Origin: an uncultured Acidobacteriia bacterium
Lineage (GTDB): Bacteria > Acidobacteriota > Terriglobia > Bryobacterales > Bryobacteraceae
Reading direction: 5' to 3'
NCBI GenBank assembly: GCA_903828455.1
Contig: CAIKMJ010000036.1
Span: 35,973 to 99,972, forward strand
DNA: 64,000 nt
How positions within the stretch are numbered: position 1 is the stretch's first letter; each line of letters opens with the position of its first letter. Below the pieces are notes generated by a model. That model made no database searches, was not told the origin of the DNA, and worked only from the letters and a program-made list of their open reading frames with translations. The position numbers were made by a program, and so were the translations under genes. Of the stretch, positions 1 to 8,780 are shown piece by piece.

Positions 1-393
1 TGGCTGAATCCGCCGCAGCACGCGCCGCACGCACCACACAAAATCGAGCGGCGCGAAGAAGATGCCGTCCGTCAGATTCGCCAGCCGCTGCCCCGCCGTT
101 TCCCGGCCCGCCAGCGTCGACGTGCTCAGGAAAATCCGCGTGCCCGGCGACCGTTTCCTCACTTCCTGAATCAGCGGCAAAGCCGCAAGCACCTCGCCCA
201 CCGATACGGCATGAAACCAGATGGACGCCGGCGCGGTCTGTTGCCATAACTGCGGCAATTCGCCGAAGCGCTGGCGCAGCGTCGGCAGGTAGCGGCGGTC
301 CCGCTTCACCCGCAGCAGCAGGTAAACTAAGATGGCCGGTGAAGCGAGCGCCAGCAGAACGCGGTAAAGGAGAAAGATCGCTTTGCGTCTCAA
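1..393 (-). CDS. waaA: Kdo transferase (3-deoxy-D-manno-octulosonic acid transferase), N-terminal part; gene runs off the window edge
   Basis: Not in ORF track (truncated by the window). My minus-strand translation reads (M)RRKAIFLLYRVLLALASPAILVYLLLRVKRDRRYLPTLRQRFGELPQLWQQTAPASIWFHAVSVGEVLAALPLIQEVRKRSPGTRIFLSTSTLAGRE. It has an anchor helix plus the WxHAxSVGE motif typical of WaaA/KdtA. The TTG start at 393 is inferred. Confidence 0.75.
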   Translation of the reverse strand, partial: MRRKAIFLLYRVLLALASPAILVYLLLRVKRDRRYLPTLRQRFGELPQLWQQTAPASIWFHAVSVGEVLAALPLIQEVRKRSPGTRIFLSTSTLAGRETAGQRLANLTDGIFFAPLDFVWCVRRVLRRIQP

Positions 394-400
394 TGCTTTG

Positions 401-1021
401 ATGAGGGGAATTCCGACTCGAGCCGCGTGTTGGCCGCTGCTCCTCCTTGTGAGTATAACGGCGGTGCCTGGCGCGGACAACGGCAAGTCCGAGTTCCGGC
501 CGCGGCCCGTCGCCGAGTACGCCCACCGTCAGTCCAGCGAAGCCGTCACCATCGCCGCGCAGGCGTTTGAAACGGACGAAGAAACCAGGGAACCCTTCGG
601 CAAGGTCAACCCCAGCCGCTACGGCGTTCTGCCCGTGTTCATTGTGGTGCAGAACGACGGCCGGGACGCCATCCGGCTCGACCGCATGAAGTTCATCTAC
701 GTTCTGCCGGACCGCACGCGCATCGAATCCACGCCGGCCCAGGACATCAAGTATCTGCAGGGCGCCAAACGGCCCTCCGCCGTGCCCGGACCCGTGATCC
801 CCGGCATCGGCCGCACGCCGAAAAACCCGCTCGCCGAATGGGAGATCGAAGGCCGCGCCTTCGCCGCCAAAATGCTGCCGCCCGGGCAGACTGCCAGCGG
901 CTTCGTCTACTTCCAGGTGCCGCAGACCAGCGCCGCGGCGTCGGTCTACATTTCCGACCTCACCAACGCCGTTACCGGCAAAGACCTTTACTACTTCGAA
1001 ATCCCGATGTCGGGCCGCTAG
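401..1021 (+). CDS. hypothetical secreted protein
   Basis: ORF 383..1021. ATG at 401 gives the signal-like MRGIPTRAACWPLLLLVSITAVPGA. Composition is protein-like, unlike the overlapping Arg/Pro-rich shadow ORFs. No domain recognised. Confidence 0.6.
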   Translation: MRGIPTRAACWPLLLLVSITAVPGADNGKSEFRPRPVAEYAHRQSSEAVTIAAQAFETDEETREPFGKVNPSRYGVLPVFIVVQNDGRDAIRLDRMKFIYVLPDRTRIESTPAQDIKYLQGAKRPSAVPGPVIPGIGRTPKNPLAEWEIEGRAFAAKMLPPGQTASGFVYFQVPQTSAAASVYISDLTNAVTGKDLYYFEIPMSGR

Positions 1022-1025
1022 ACCG

Positions 1026-1763
1026 CTACAGTCCGAGCGCCTTGCGCGTCTCCGCTTTCGCCGCTTCCAGTTCGGCGCGGAAGTCGGGATTGGCCAGCAT
1101 CAGCCCGATCATCGAATAAGCCACCAGCTTGCTCGCCACCGGATCGGCCGGGAAATGCACGCCGCAAACGAGCCGGCTGTGGGCATAATCGTCGGCGCGG
1201 GCGAGCAGCGCATCGCGCTTTTCGGGCACCATCAGCGCCAGCGTCAAAGCCTCCAGATACCCGGTCGTCGAGTGCCCGCTCGGATAGGAATAAGCCGTCG
1301 CGCTTGTCGTCGTTTTGCAAACCGGCTGCAGCGTCGGGTCGAACTGATAAGGACGCGGGCGCCGGAACTGGTTCTTCGCCGGATTCACCACCACGCTCTC
1401 GTTGGCGTGCACGTGATCGCCCAGCAGCGCCGTCAGCGGCAGGTTCTCGCGGGTGAACTTGTCGCCCAGCACGTTGCGGAATACGAAGATGTCTTCTTCG
1501 GCGTCATCGGCCTTCGCATGCGCCACCTCGGCGGACGTGCGCGTCTCCTGCAGGCGATGCAGTTCGGCGAGTTCGATTCGGGTAGCCGCCGAATCGTTGG
1601 CCGGCGGCGTCGGCAAAAAGGAGGCCACGGGCATCTGCTCCGCCGTGACGAAAATCTTCTTCGCCGGGGCCGGCGCCGGGGCCGGCGCGGCTTCCTGCGC
1701 AAAACACAACACACTGGCGACCGCGAGGCCGCCCATCGCTGTTATCATTCTGTGCCCTATCAT
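1026..1763 (-). CDS. class A acid phosphatase (PAP2 family), secreted
   Basis: ORF 1026..1796. Carries the tripartite PAP2 signature KNQFRRPRP (Kx6RP), YPSGHS (PSGH) and SRLVCGVHFPAD (SRx5Hx3D). Signal-like N-terminus. The start among ATG 1763/1748/1736 is uncertain. Confidence 0.85.
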   Translation of the reverse strand: MIGHRMITAMGGLAVASVLCFAQEAAPAPAPAPAKKIFVTAEQMPVASFLPTPPANDSAATRIELAELHRLQETRTSAEVAHAKADDAEEDIFVFRNVLGDKFTRENLPLTALLGDHVHANESVVVNPAKNQFRRPRPYQFDPTLQPVCKTTTSATAYSYPSGHSTTGYLEALTLALMVPEKRDALLARADDYAHSRLVCGVHFPADPVASKLVAYSMIGLMLANPDFRAELEAAKAETRKALGL

Positions 1764-1887
1764 TCCGGGCGCAATCAATCTGGACATAAATACCAAACTA
1801 GCGCCGTTCCGTTACAGTGCTATGACGCACGGCGCCGCGGGACTCCGCTGAGAATTTCCGCCCGATTCGCCACTAACTCTACTCCCG

Positions 1888-3684
1888 ATGCCTCTCGATC
1901 ACTGGATCGCTCAGCTGCTCGCCCCGCTCGCGTTCTGGGTGCTGCTCAACGGCCTCGACGACCTGGTGATCGACATCGCAGCTCTCTGGAGCGCCGTCCG
2001 GCGGCACTTTTCGCGCGATCCGCGCGAGCGCTCCCCCACCGCCGCCGAACTCGACGCCGTCCCGCCGCGCCGCATGGCCATCTTCGTCGCCCTCTGGAAG
2101 GAACACCGCGTCATCCAGAAGATGATCGACAACAACGTGATGCGGCTCCGTTATCCGCTGGTCGATTTCTTCGTCGGCGTTTATCCCAACGACGGACCCA
2201 CCATCGCCGCCGTCGAGCAGGTGGTGAAGCGCTACCCCAACGTCCATCTTTCGATATCGGCGAATCCGGGGCCAACCTCGAAGGCCGACAATCTCAACTG
2301 GATCTTCCAGCGCATGCTGCTCCACGAAGAGCAACACGGCGTGCGCTTCGAGATGATCCTGACGCACGACGCCGAGGACCTCATCGACCCCGACGCGCTG
2401 CGCTGGATCAACTACGACGCGCAGTGGTACGACATGGTGCAGATTCCCGTCCTCGCCCTGCCCACCCCGCTGCATGAGCTGGCCCATGGCGTCTACTGCG
2501 ACGAATTCGCCGAGTTCCAGTTCAAGGACATGCCGGCGCGCCAGTTGCTCGGCGGCTTCATCCCCTCCAACGGCGTCGGCACCGGCTTCTCCCGCCGCGC
2601 GCTGGAACAGCTCGCCGCGGCCCACAGCAACCGCATCTTCGAACCGGCGTGCCTGACCGAAGATTACGAGAACGGCTGGCGCATTCACAATCTGGGGCTG
2701 GCGCAGAAGTTCATTCCGATCCGTTTCCGTGACGGGCGGCCGGTGGCCACGCGCGAATTCTTCCCGCGCAGCTTTCACACCGCGGTCCGGCAGCGCTCCC
2801 GCTGGGTCACCGGCATCGCGCTGCAATCCTGGGAATTTCACACCGTGCGCGAGACCTGGCAACAGCTCTACTGGTTCTGGCGCGACCGCAAGAGCGTCAT
2901 CGGCAACGTGGCCACCGCCGCCACCAACATCCTCTTCGTCCTCGGCGGCGGCACCTGGACGGCGGCCCGCGTCACCCACCAGGACTGGCAACTGGCGCAC
3001 GAACTCTCCCGCTTCTATCCCGTCTACGTGGCCGGGCTTGCGCTGCAACTGCTCCATGCCTCCATCCGCGCTGCCTGTTCGGCGCGCGTCTATGGATGGC
3101 GCTACGCCTGCGGGCTGCCGCTGCGCATCTTCGCCGGCAACTGGATCAACCTTTTCGCCACTCTCATCGCCATCTCCACCTACACCAGAGCGCGCCTCAC
3201 CGGCCGCCCGCTGCGCTGGGTCAAGACCGAACACGCTTACCCGAGCCGCGCCGCGCTGGTGAACGAACGCCGCCTGCTCGGGGCCATTCTCACCGGCTCG
3301 CAGTGGATCACGCCGGCGCAACTGGATGAAGCGCTGGAAGCGAAGCCGCCCGGCGTCCGGCTCGGCGAGTATCTTGTTGCCAGTGGCGCGATCACGGAGC
3401 AGGATCTCTACGCCGCGCTGAGCCTGCAGAACAACCTGCCGCTCGGCCCGCCGGAGCCGGAAGAAGTCTCCGAGGCCACCACCCGCACGCTGCCCGCCGC
3501 CATCGCGAAGAAGTGGCGCGTGTTGCCGTTTCGCGTCGCCGCCGGAGAGCTGTTCGTCGCGGCCTCTGAACTCCCCGGCGACGAAATGCAGCGCGACCTG
3601 CGCCGCTTCAGTTCGCTCGAAATCCGCTTTCACCTCATCACTCCCACCGAATTCCACCAGCTGGTGGAACGCTACCTCGAATAG
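1888..3684 (+). CDS. NfrB-type family-2 glycosyltransferase with C-terminal MshEN (T2SSE_N) c-di-GMP-binding domain
   Basis: 598 aa. N-terminal TM segment, GT2 core with THDAEDLIDP, and further TM segments. The C-terminal RLGEYLVASGAITEQDLYAALSLQ (nt 3358-3429) is a near-perfect match to the 24-residue MshEN motif RLGxxhhxxGhhxxxxLxxxLxxQ. Confidence 0.8.
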   Translation: MPLDHWIAQLLAPLAFWVLLNGLDDLVIDIAALWSAVRRHFSRDPRERSPTAAELDAVPPRRMAIFVALWKEHRVIQKMIDNNVMRLRYPLVDFFVGVYPNDGPTIAAVEQVVKRYPNVHLSISANPGPTSKADNLNWIFQRMLLHEEQHGVRFEMILTHDAEDLIDPDALRWINYDAQWYDMVQIPVLALPTPLHELAHGVYCDEFAEFQFKDMPARQLLGGFIPSNGVGTGFSRRALEQLAAAHSNRIFEPACLTEDYENGWRIHNLGLAQKFIPIRFRDGRPVATREFFPRSFHTAVRQRSRWVTGIALQSWEFHTVRETWQQLYWFWRDRKSVIGNVATAATNILFVLGGGTWTAARVTHQDWQLAHELSRFYPVYVAGLALQLLHASIRAACSARVYGWRYACGLPLRIFAGNWINLFATLIAISTYTRARLTGRPLRWVKTEHAYPSRAALVNERRLLGAILTGSQWITPAQLDEALEAKPPGVRLGEYLVASGAITEQDLYAALSLQNNLPLGPPEPEEVSEATTRTLPAAIAKKWRVLPFRVAAGELFVAASELPGDEMQRDLRRFSSLEIRFHLITPTEFHQLVERYLE

Positions 3685-3742
3685 CGGCGCGGCGGCGCTG
3701 CCGGCAGGCCAGCGTTGGACTCCCGCCCTTCCATCCGCGACA

Positions 3743-4939
3743 ATGTTGCGCATGAACCGTGCGGATCCTTTGTCGTACCTCGGGGCCCGGCTTGCCGAGT
3801 GGAAGTCGGCCGGCACGTACCAGCGGCTGCGCATCCTCGAAGGCCCGTCCGCCGCGGAGTCTCGCTTCGACGGCAAGGACGTCATCAACCTTGCTTCGAA
3901 CAACTACCTCGGCCTCACGACGCACCCGAAGCTCATCGAAGCCGCCATCGCCGCCACGCGGAAATACGGGGCGGGATCGGGCGCGGTCCGCACCATCTCC
4001 GGCACCATGGAGCTGCACATGGAACTGGAGCGGCGCATCGCGCAGTTCAAGAACGTCGAGGCGTGCGTCGTCTTCCAGTCCGGCTTCACCGCCAACGCGG
4101 GCACGGTTTCGGCGGTCCTCACGCCGGAGGATCACATCGTTTCCGATGAGCTGAATCACGCCAGCATCATCGATGGCTGCCGGCTTTCGCGCGCCGGAAT
4201 CCACGTTTTCCCGCACAAAGACCATGCCGCCGCCGAGCGCATCCTCGAAGAGCTTCGCGACGCGCCGGGCCGCAGGCTGCTCATCACGGACGGTGTGTTC
4301 TCCATGGATGGCGACATCGGCCCGCTGCCCGAACTGGTCGCCGCGGCCGAGAAGCACGGCGCGATCATGATGGTCGACGACGCGCACGCCTCGGGCGTGC
4401 TGGGACGCAACGGGCGCGGCACGATCGATCATTTCGGCGTGCATGGCCGCGTCGATATACAGGTCGGCACGCTCTCCAAAGCGATCGGCGTGCTCGGCGG
4501 TTACGTGTGCGGCAGCCGGGATCTGATCGAGTACCTGTATCAGCGAGCCCGCCCGTTTCTGTTTTCCACCTCGCATCCGCCCGCCGTGGCCGCGGCGTGC
4601 ATTGCGGCGTTCGACATTCTGGAGCAGGAGCCGGAGCGCATCGAGCGGCTCTGGAGCAACACACGCTATTTCAAACAGCAGCTCGCCGCCGAGGGCTTCG
4701 ATACCGGCATGAGCGAAACGCCCATCACACCTGTCATGGTGGGCGAAGCCGCCCGGGCGTTCCGGCTCTCGGCCGAGCTGTTCCGCGAGGGCGTGCTCGC
4801 CACCGGCATCGGCTTCCCCACGGTGGCGAAAGACAAGGCCCGCGTCCGCACCATCGTCACCGCCGCCCACACCACCGAGCAACTGGACCGCGCGCTGGAG
4901 AGCTTCCGACGCGCCGGCAGGCTGCTCGGACTCATCTGA
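3743..4939 (+). CDS. kbl: glycine C-acetyltransferase (2-amino-3-ketobutyrate CoA ligase); alpha-oxoamine synthase family
   Basis: 398 aa, collinear with E. coli Kbl as I recall it: NNYLGL, SDELNHASIIDG, DGVFSMDGD, MVDDAHA, and GTLSKA with the PLP lysine. A BioF-like alternative cannot be fully excluded. Confidence 0.8.
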   Translation: MLRMNRADPLSYLGARLAEWKSAGTYQRLRILEGPSAAESRFDGKDVINLASNNYLGLTTHPKLIEAAIAATRKYGAGSGAVRTISGTMELHMELERRIAQFKNVEACVVFQSGFTANAGTVSAVLTPEDHIVSDELNHASIIDGCRLSRAGIHVFPHKDHAAAERILEELRDAPGRRLLITDGVFSMDGDIGPLPELVAAAEKHGAIMMVDDAHASGVLGRNGRGTIDHFGVHGRVDIQVGTLSKAIGVLGGYVCGSRDLIEYLYQRARPFLFSTSHPPAVAAACIAAFDILEQEPERIERLWSNTRYFKQQLAAEGFDTGMSETPITPVMVGEAARAFRLSAELFREGVLATGIGFPTVAKDKARVRTIVTAAHTTEQLDRALESFRRAGRLLGLI

Positions 4940-5056
4940 CTTCCGGGGCGCCGAGCGGCCTCCCTGCCCCGCCGCGCGCCGCCCGTGTGCAGCGGTTACA
5001 ACGGCGTCACGGATTGTGGGAGAATGATTACCGCTGCCGCGAGTCAGCCCTATTCT

Positions 5057-6232
5057 ATGAAACACACCGTCCGTGCCACCATGCTGAAATCCAGCATCGC
5101 CATAGCCGCACTTTTCGTCGCCCCGCTGGCGATGCACGCCCAGAAGGCGCCCCAGTGGAAGGTCGATCCGTTCTGGCCCAAGCCGCTGCCGAACAAGTGG
5201 TCGACGCAGCAGATTGTCGACATCTCGGTCGACAAGAACGACCACATCTGGATGATCAACCGCGACGAGCCGAAGCCGGATGAACTCGGCGCTTCCACCA
5301 CGCCGCCGCGCGCCGAATGCTGCGTGCTCGGACCGGAGATCATTGAGTTCGCGCAGGACGGCACGGTGCTCCGTTCGTGGGGCAAGAAGGAATACGTTCC
5401 CGGCTGGCCCAAGCATCTGCAGAGCATGATCGTGGATCCGGAAGGCAACGTCTGGATCTCCGGCACCGAGCCGGGCGACAGCATTCAGAAGTTCGACGGC
5501 AACGGCAAGCTCCTCTGGGACTTCGGCCATCGCTGGCCGAAGGACACGCCGATCAAGCAGGACAACCAGCGGACCGACCTGCTGATGGGCATTGAAGACT
5601 TCGAACTCGACTACGCCAACAAGGAAATCTACGTCAACGACGGAGCCCGCAACAAGCGCATTCTGGTGTTCGACATGAACACCGGCGCCTTCAAGCGCGG
5701 CTGGGGCGGCCACGGCGTGCCGCTCAGCGAGATCGACAACGACCCGACGCCGACCTACGACATCTCCGGTCCGCCGCCGGATTCCAAACAGTTCGTACAG
5801 GTGCTGCACACCATTCACCTTTCAAAAGACGGCCTGCTCTACATCGGCGAGCGCGGCGCGGATCGCGTTTCGGTCTACACCACACAGGGCAAGTTCGTCA
5901 CCAGCTGGTTCGTGCATCCTTCCACGCAGGCGCGCGGCGCCAACTGCGGCGGCCCGTTCGGCACCACCGCCGGCCCCTGCGGCACCATCTTCAACATGGC
6001 GTTTTCGGCCGACAAGGAACAGAAGTACCTGCTGGTGGCCGACGGCACCAACAACATGGTGTGGGTCTACGAACGCAAGACCGGCAAGCTGGTCAACTCG
6101 TTCGGCGGCAACGGCCGCTACGCCGGCCAGCTGCACTGGATCGACACCATCGCGACGGACTCGAAGGGCAACATCTACACGGGCGAAGTCGAAGACGGCA
6201 AACGCATCCAGAAGTTCGTCCTGCAGAAGTAG
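5057..6232 (+). CDS. secreted NHL-repeat / six-bladed beta-propeller protein (PAL-like)
   Basis: ORF 4985..6232. ATG at 5057 gives the signal peptide MKHTVRATMLKSSIAIAALFVAPLAMHAQ. Repeated D..GN.W/Y..D/E motifs (DPEGNVWISG, DSKGNIYTGE) are typical of NHL blades. Confidence 0.7.
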   Translation: MKHTVRATMLKSSIAIAALFVAPLAMHAQKAPQWKVDPFWPKPLPNKWSTQQIVDISVDKNDHIWMINRDEPKPDELGASTTPPRAECCVLGPEIIEFAQDGTVLRSWGKKEYVPGWPKHLQSMIVDPEGNVWISGTEPGDSIQKFDGNGKLLWDFGHRWPKDTPIKQDNQRTDLLMGIEDFELDYANKEIYVNDGARNKRILVFDMNTGAFKRGWGGHGVPLSEIDNDPTPTYDISGPPPDSKQFVQVLHTIHLSKDGLLYIGERGADRVSVYTTQGKFVTSWFVHPSTQARGANCGGPFGTTAGPCGTIFNMAFSADKEQKYLLVADGTNNMVWVYERKTGKLVNSFGGNGRYAGQLHWIDTIATDSKGNIYTGEVEDGKRIQKFVLQK

Positions 6233-6258
6233 CCCGGTTTTCAAAAGCAGCCCGGTTT
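6223..6258. repeat. 18-bp x2 imperfect tandem duplication of the gene 3' end (gcagaagtagcccggttt / tcaaaagcagcccggttt)
   Basis: Read directly. The first copy contains the last two codons plus the TAG stop (6230-6232) of the NHL gene. The second copy follows immediately, 15/18 identical, with TAG changed to CAG. Confidence 0.7.
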
Positions 6259-6260
6259 GC

Positions 6261-6308
6261 GCTCGCCGCGCGCGCGGTCAGATGATGTTGACCGCGCGCG
6301 CGGCGAGC
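6261..6308. terminator. perfect 20-bp GC-rich inverted repeat (8-nt loop) between convergent genes
   Basis: gctcgccgcgcgcgcggtca (6261-6280), loop gatgatgt, tgaccgcgcgcgcggcgagc (6289-6308). The right arm is the coding 3' end (LLAARAVNII*) of the 6278..6949 gene. There is no U-tract. Confidence 0.6.
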
Positions 6309-6949
6309 AGCGCCACCGTCGCCAGCGAAATCAAAGACTGCACGATCATCATGACCTTGGCCCAGCGTGACAGCACCGGGACGTCGGTCGGCGAAAAGGC
6401 CGTGCTTGTGTTGAAGGCCAGAAACAGGTAGTCGACGAACCCGGGCGACCACTTGTCCTCCCCCATCTGCCGCTGCAACTCGGGCGGCAACACCATCTGC
6501 GGAAACAGGAACGCACCGTCGCGGTGAACCCCGCGGCGGTCGCGTTCGTTCGGCCCGCCGCCATCGAGCCGCCAGTACCACGACGCGAATACCAGAATGT
6601 TGCCGACCCACAGGATCGAGGCGGCGCGCAGCAGGTCTGTCGGCTGCATCCGGTGATCCGGCAGCGAACGCACCAGCAGCAAGACCGACGAGAGCAGCGA
6701 CAGGGTGATTACGCCCAGCGCGCCGTAGGCAAACACTTCGTTCAGTTCGACCTTTCCCAGCCGGTGCGTGAGCGCGGTCGGGACCAGCAGCATGGCGACC
6801 AGGACCAGCGTCAGCCAGGCCGGGCCGACGACGAACGCCGCGGGAAGAACAAAGTGCAGCACGCCGTAGGTCAATACGGCCAGCAGACCGGGCCAGCGCG
6901 GCTCGGGCGGCAGGTTCTCGGGTCGAGGCGCGCTCGGCAGTTCGTTCAT
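6278..6949 (-). CDS. DUF1345-like integral membrane protein
   Basis: 223 aa with about 5 TM helices. The C-terminal pattern FVDYLFLAFNTSTAFSPTDV...ARAVN resembles the DUF1345 family as I remember it. Confidence 0.55.
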   Translation of the reverse strand: MNELPSAPRPENLPPEPRWPGLLAVLTYGVLHFVLPAAFVVGPAWLTLVLVAMLLVPTALTHRLGKVELNEVFAYGALGVITLSLLSSVLLLVRSLPDHRMQPTDLLRAASILWVGNILVFASWYWRLDGGGPNERDRRGVHRDGAFLFPQMVLPPELQRQMGEDKWSPGFVDYLFLAFNTSTAFSPTDVPVLSRWAKVMMIVQSLISLATVALLAARAVNII

Positions 6950-7067
6950 TGCGAACCCCCATCATCTCACCGGGCGGCATCAGGCGCGCTTCTGCCCATG
7001 GTTAGCGTTTCGGCGCTATCCAAATGCAGAATTCCGGCGGACGCCCAAACGCTCTACACTTCCGAAC

Positions 7068-7733
7068 ATGGATGCACAGCGTCTTCTCTTAGCCGGACTC
7101 CTCACGCTCGCCACGGGCGGCGGCCTGCTTCACGGGCAGACGGGTCAGCCACTGACAGGCGAGGCGTTTCTGCGCGACGCCATCAACACGAAAGCGGTCA
7201 CCACCTACTTCGATCCGCCGGCGCGGCACAGCGACACCAAATGGGAACTGGTGAAGCTGGAAGCCTGCCAGGTGGAGCTGAAAGAGACCTGGCACCGCGA
7301 GTCGCCGAACTCGGTCTTCCTTGCCCGCGAGATGCTGAGCCGGGTGGAAGACAGGACCACGACGTACACGTTCGACCTGCGTCTGCTGCGCCGCGACGAG
7401 ATCATGGCGGACACCTCAACGGGTCTGGCGCAAATCAAGATCTTCGCCGACGCCGATCTGTTCCATGTAAAGACAGACACGGTTTCGACGGCGCTGCGGG
7501 CGGATGGCTCGGTTGCGGACAGCACGGCATGGACGATGCCCGGCCACACGCGCAACCTCTGGATCTACTTCGATTCGCCGGAAGCGGATAACAAAGCCCT
7601 GGTGCGGCGCGTTGCGGCCGAACTGCAGGCCGCCGCCGACAAGTGCCTGCCGCCGGTCACGGTACTGCCGAAACGCTCACCAAAGATGGAAGTAGCCGCC
7701 GCGCTGCGTCAGCTCACAGGGAACCCCAAATAG
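7068..7733 (+). CDS. hypothetical secreted protein
   Basis: 221 aa. Signal-like MDAQRLLLAGLLTLATGGGLLHG and balanced composition. The 3' end overlaps the convergent ABC gene by 57 nt. Confidence 0.55.
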   Translation: MDAQRLLLAGLLTLATGGGLLHGQTGQPLTGEAFLRDAINTKAVTTYFDPPARHSDTKWELVKLEACQVELKETWHRESPNSVFLAREMLSRVEDRTTTYTFDLRLLRRDEIMADTSTGLAQIKIFADADLFHVKTDTVSTALRADGSVADSTAWTMPGHTRNLWIYFDSPEADNKALVRRVAAELQAAADKCLPPVTVLPKRSPKMEVAAALRQLTGNPK

Positions 7734-8474
7734 TTCCTGCAGGCGTTCGCCGGTGAGCATTTCGTTTTTCGGACCGTCGGCCACAATCCCGCCGCCGCGC
7801 ATCATAATGACGCGATCGATCTCCGGAATGATGTCGGAGAGCTGATGCGTTACGAGCAGAATCCCAATTCCTGAGTTGGCCAGCTTGCGGACCATTTCGC
7901 GCAGTTCGTGCTGGGCGAAAAGGTCGAGACTGGTGGACGGCTCATCGAGCAGCAGAGCGCGCGGGCCGTGCACGAGGGCGCGGCCGATCATCATGCGGCG
8001 GGCTTCGCCGGACGACATTTCCTCCACCGGTTTTTCGGCCAGATGGTTGGCTTCGAGCAGGGCGATGACCTCGTGGGCCTTCTGCCGCATCTCTTCGGTG
8101 ACCTCATGGTTGGGCCAGATGCCGATGCTGGAGAAGAAGCCGGAGAGCACGATGTCGAAGCCGTTGATTTCGCGCGTACACATGGTCATCAGCTCGTTGG
8201 AGACGATGCCCATCATGGAGCGGAGTTCGACGACGTTCCAGCGGCTGCGGCCGAGGATGGAAATGGAGGCTTCCTTGCGCGCCAGCGGATAGCATTCGCG
8301 GGTGATGGTCTTGATGAGCGTCGATTTGCCGCAGCCGTTGGGGCCGAGGATGGCGACGTGCTCGCCGGCGCCGATGGTGAGGCTGACTTCGCGCAGGGCG
8401 AGCGTGAGGCCGCGCATGACGGAGACGCGGCGCATATCGAGAAGAGGCGTTGAATCGGGAGGAGTTGAGTCCAC
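7677..8474 (-). CDS. ABC transporter ATP-binding protein (stand-alone ATPase, ModF/YlmA-like)
   Basis: C-terminal 265 aa of ORF 7677..8954. Walker A GPNGCGKST, signature MSSGEARR, Walker B LLLDEPS, and H-loop VTHQ. GTG at 8474 is preceded by GGAGA. An alternative ATG lies at 8435. The upstream part of the ORF is repeat DNA. Confidence 0.85.
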   Translation of the reverse strand: MDSTPPDSTPLLDMRRVSVMRGLTLALREVSLTIGAGEHVAILGPNGCGKSTLIKTITRECYPLARKEASISILGRSRWNVVELRSMMGIVSNELMTMCTREINGFDIVLSGFFSSIGIWPNHEVTEEMRQKAHEVIALLEANHLAEKPVEEMSSGEARRMMIGRALVHGPRALLLDEPSTSLDLFAQHELREMVRKLANSGIGILLVTHQLSDIIPEIDRVIMMRGGGIVADGPKNEMLTGERLQELFGVPCELTQRGGYFHLW

Positions 8475-8539
8475 GTGACTATTATCTCCGGAGGGTTGGA
8501 GCGGACGGCCGGGAAGCGGGGCCGGTAGCCGGCGAGGGC

Positions 8540-8780
8540 CGATTTCGAATCGAAAAAACGAACCCACCGCCCGCATCGCGCACGGGGGCTGTTCGGGTTT
8601 GGCGCGGAGCGTGGACGGGCCGCGCTTCGGCACCGCGATTTGAAAAAACGAACCCATGTTTCGGATCGCGCACGGGGGCCGTTCGGGTTTGGCGCGGATC
8701 GTGGACGGCCGCTCGTCGCCACCTCGAATTGAAAAAACGAACCCAAGCTCCCGCAACCTCCGACTCGAATAAACGAAGCC
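8540..8780. repeat. 89-90-bp tandem repeat, about 2.7 copies, each starting gaaaaaacgaaccc
   Basis: The gaaaaaacgaaccc anchors sit at 8552, 8642 and 8731 (periods 90 and 89). Copies 1 and 2 share cgcgcacggggc(t/c)gttcgggtttggcgcgga(g/t)cgtggacgg. A degenerate aaacgaagcc lies at 8771. Confidence 0.85.

Noticed and set aside
1879-5818. Very long minus-strand ORFs 1879..3903 (674 aa) and 3638..5818 (726 aa)
   Set aside because: They are antisense to well-supported genes (NfrB-like GT, kbl, NHL protein). Their translations are Arg/Gly/Ala/Asp-rich with no motifs, the classic high-GC shadow ORF.
8552-8745. Reading the GGGTTCGTTTTTT ends of the 89-bp units (minus strand) as three rho-independent terminators
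   Set aside because: I could not find a convincing GC-rich stem immediately upstream of the T-runs, only 5-bp cgaac/gttcg pairings with roughly 30-nt loops. A terminator call is therefore unsupported.
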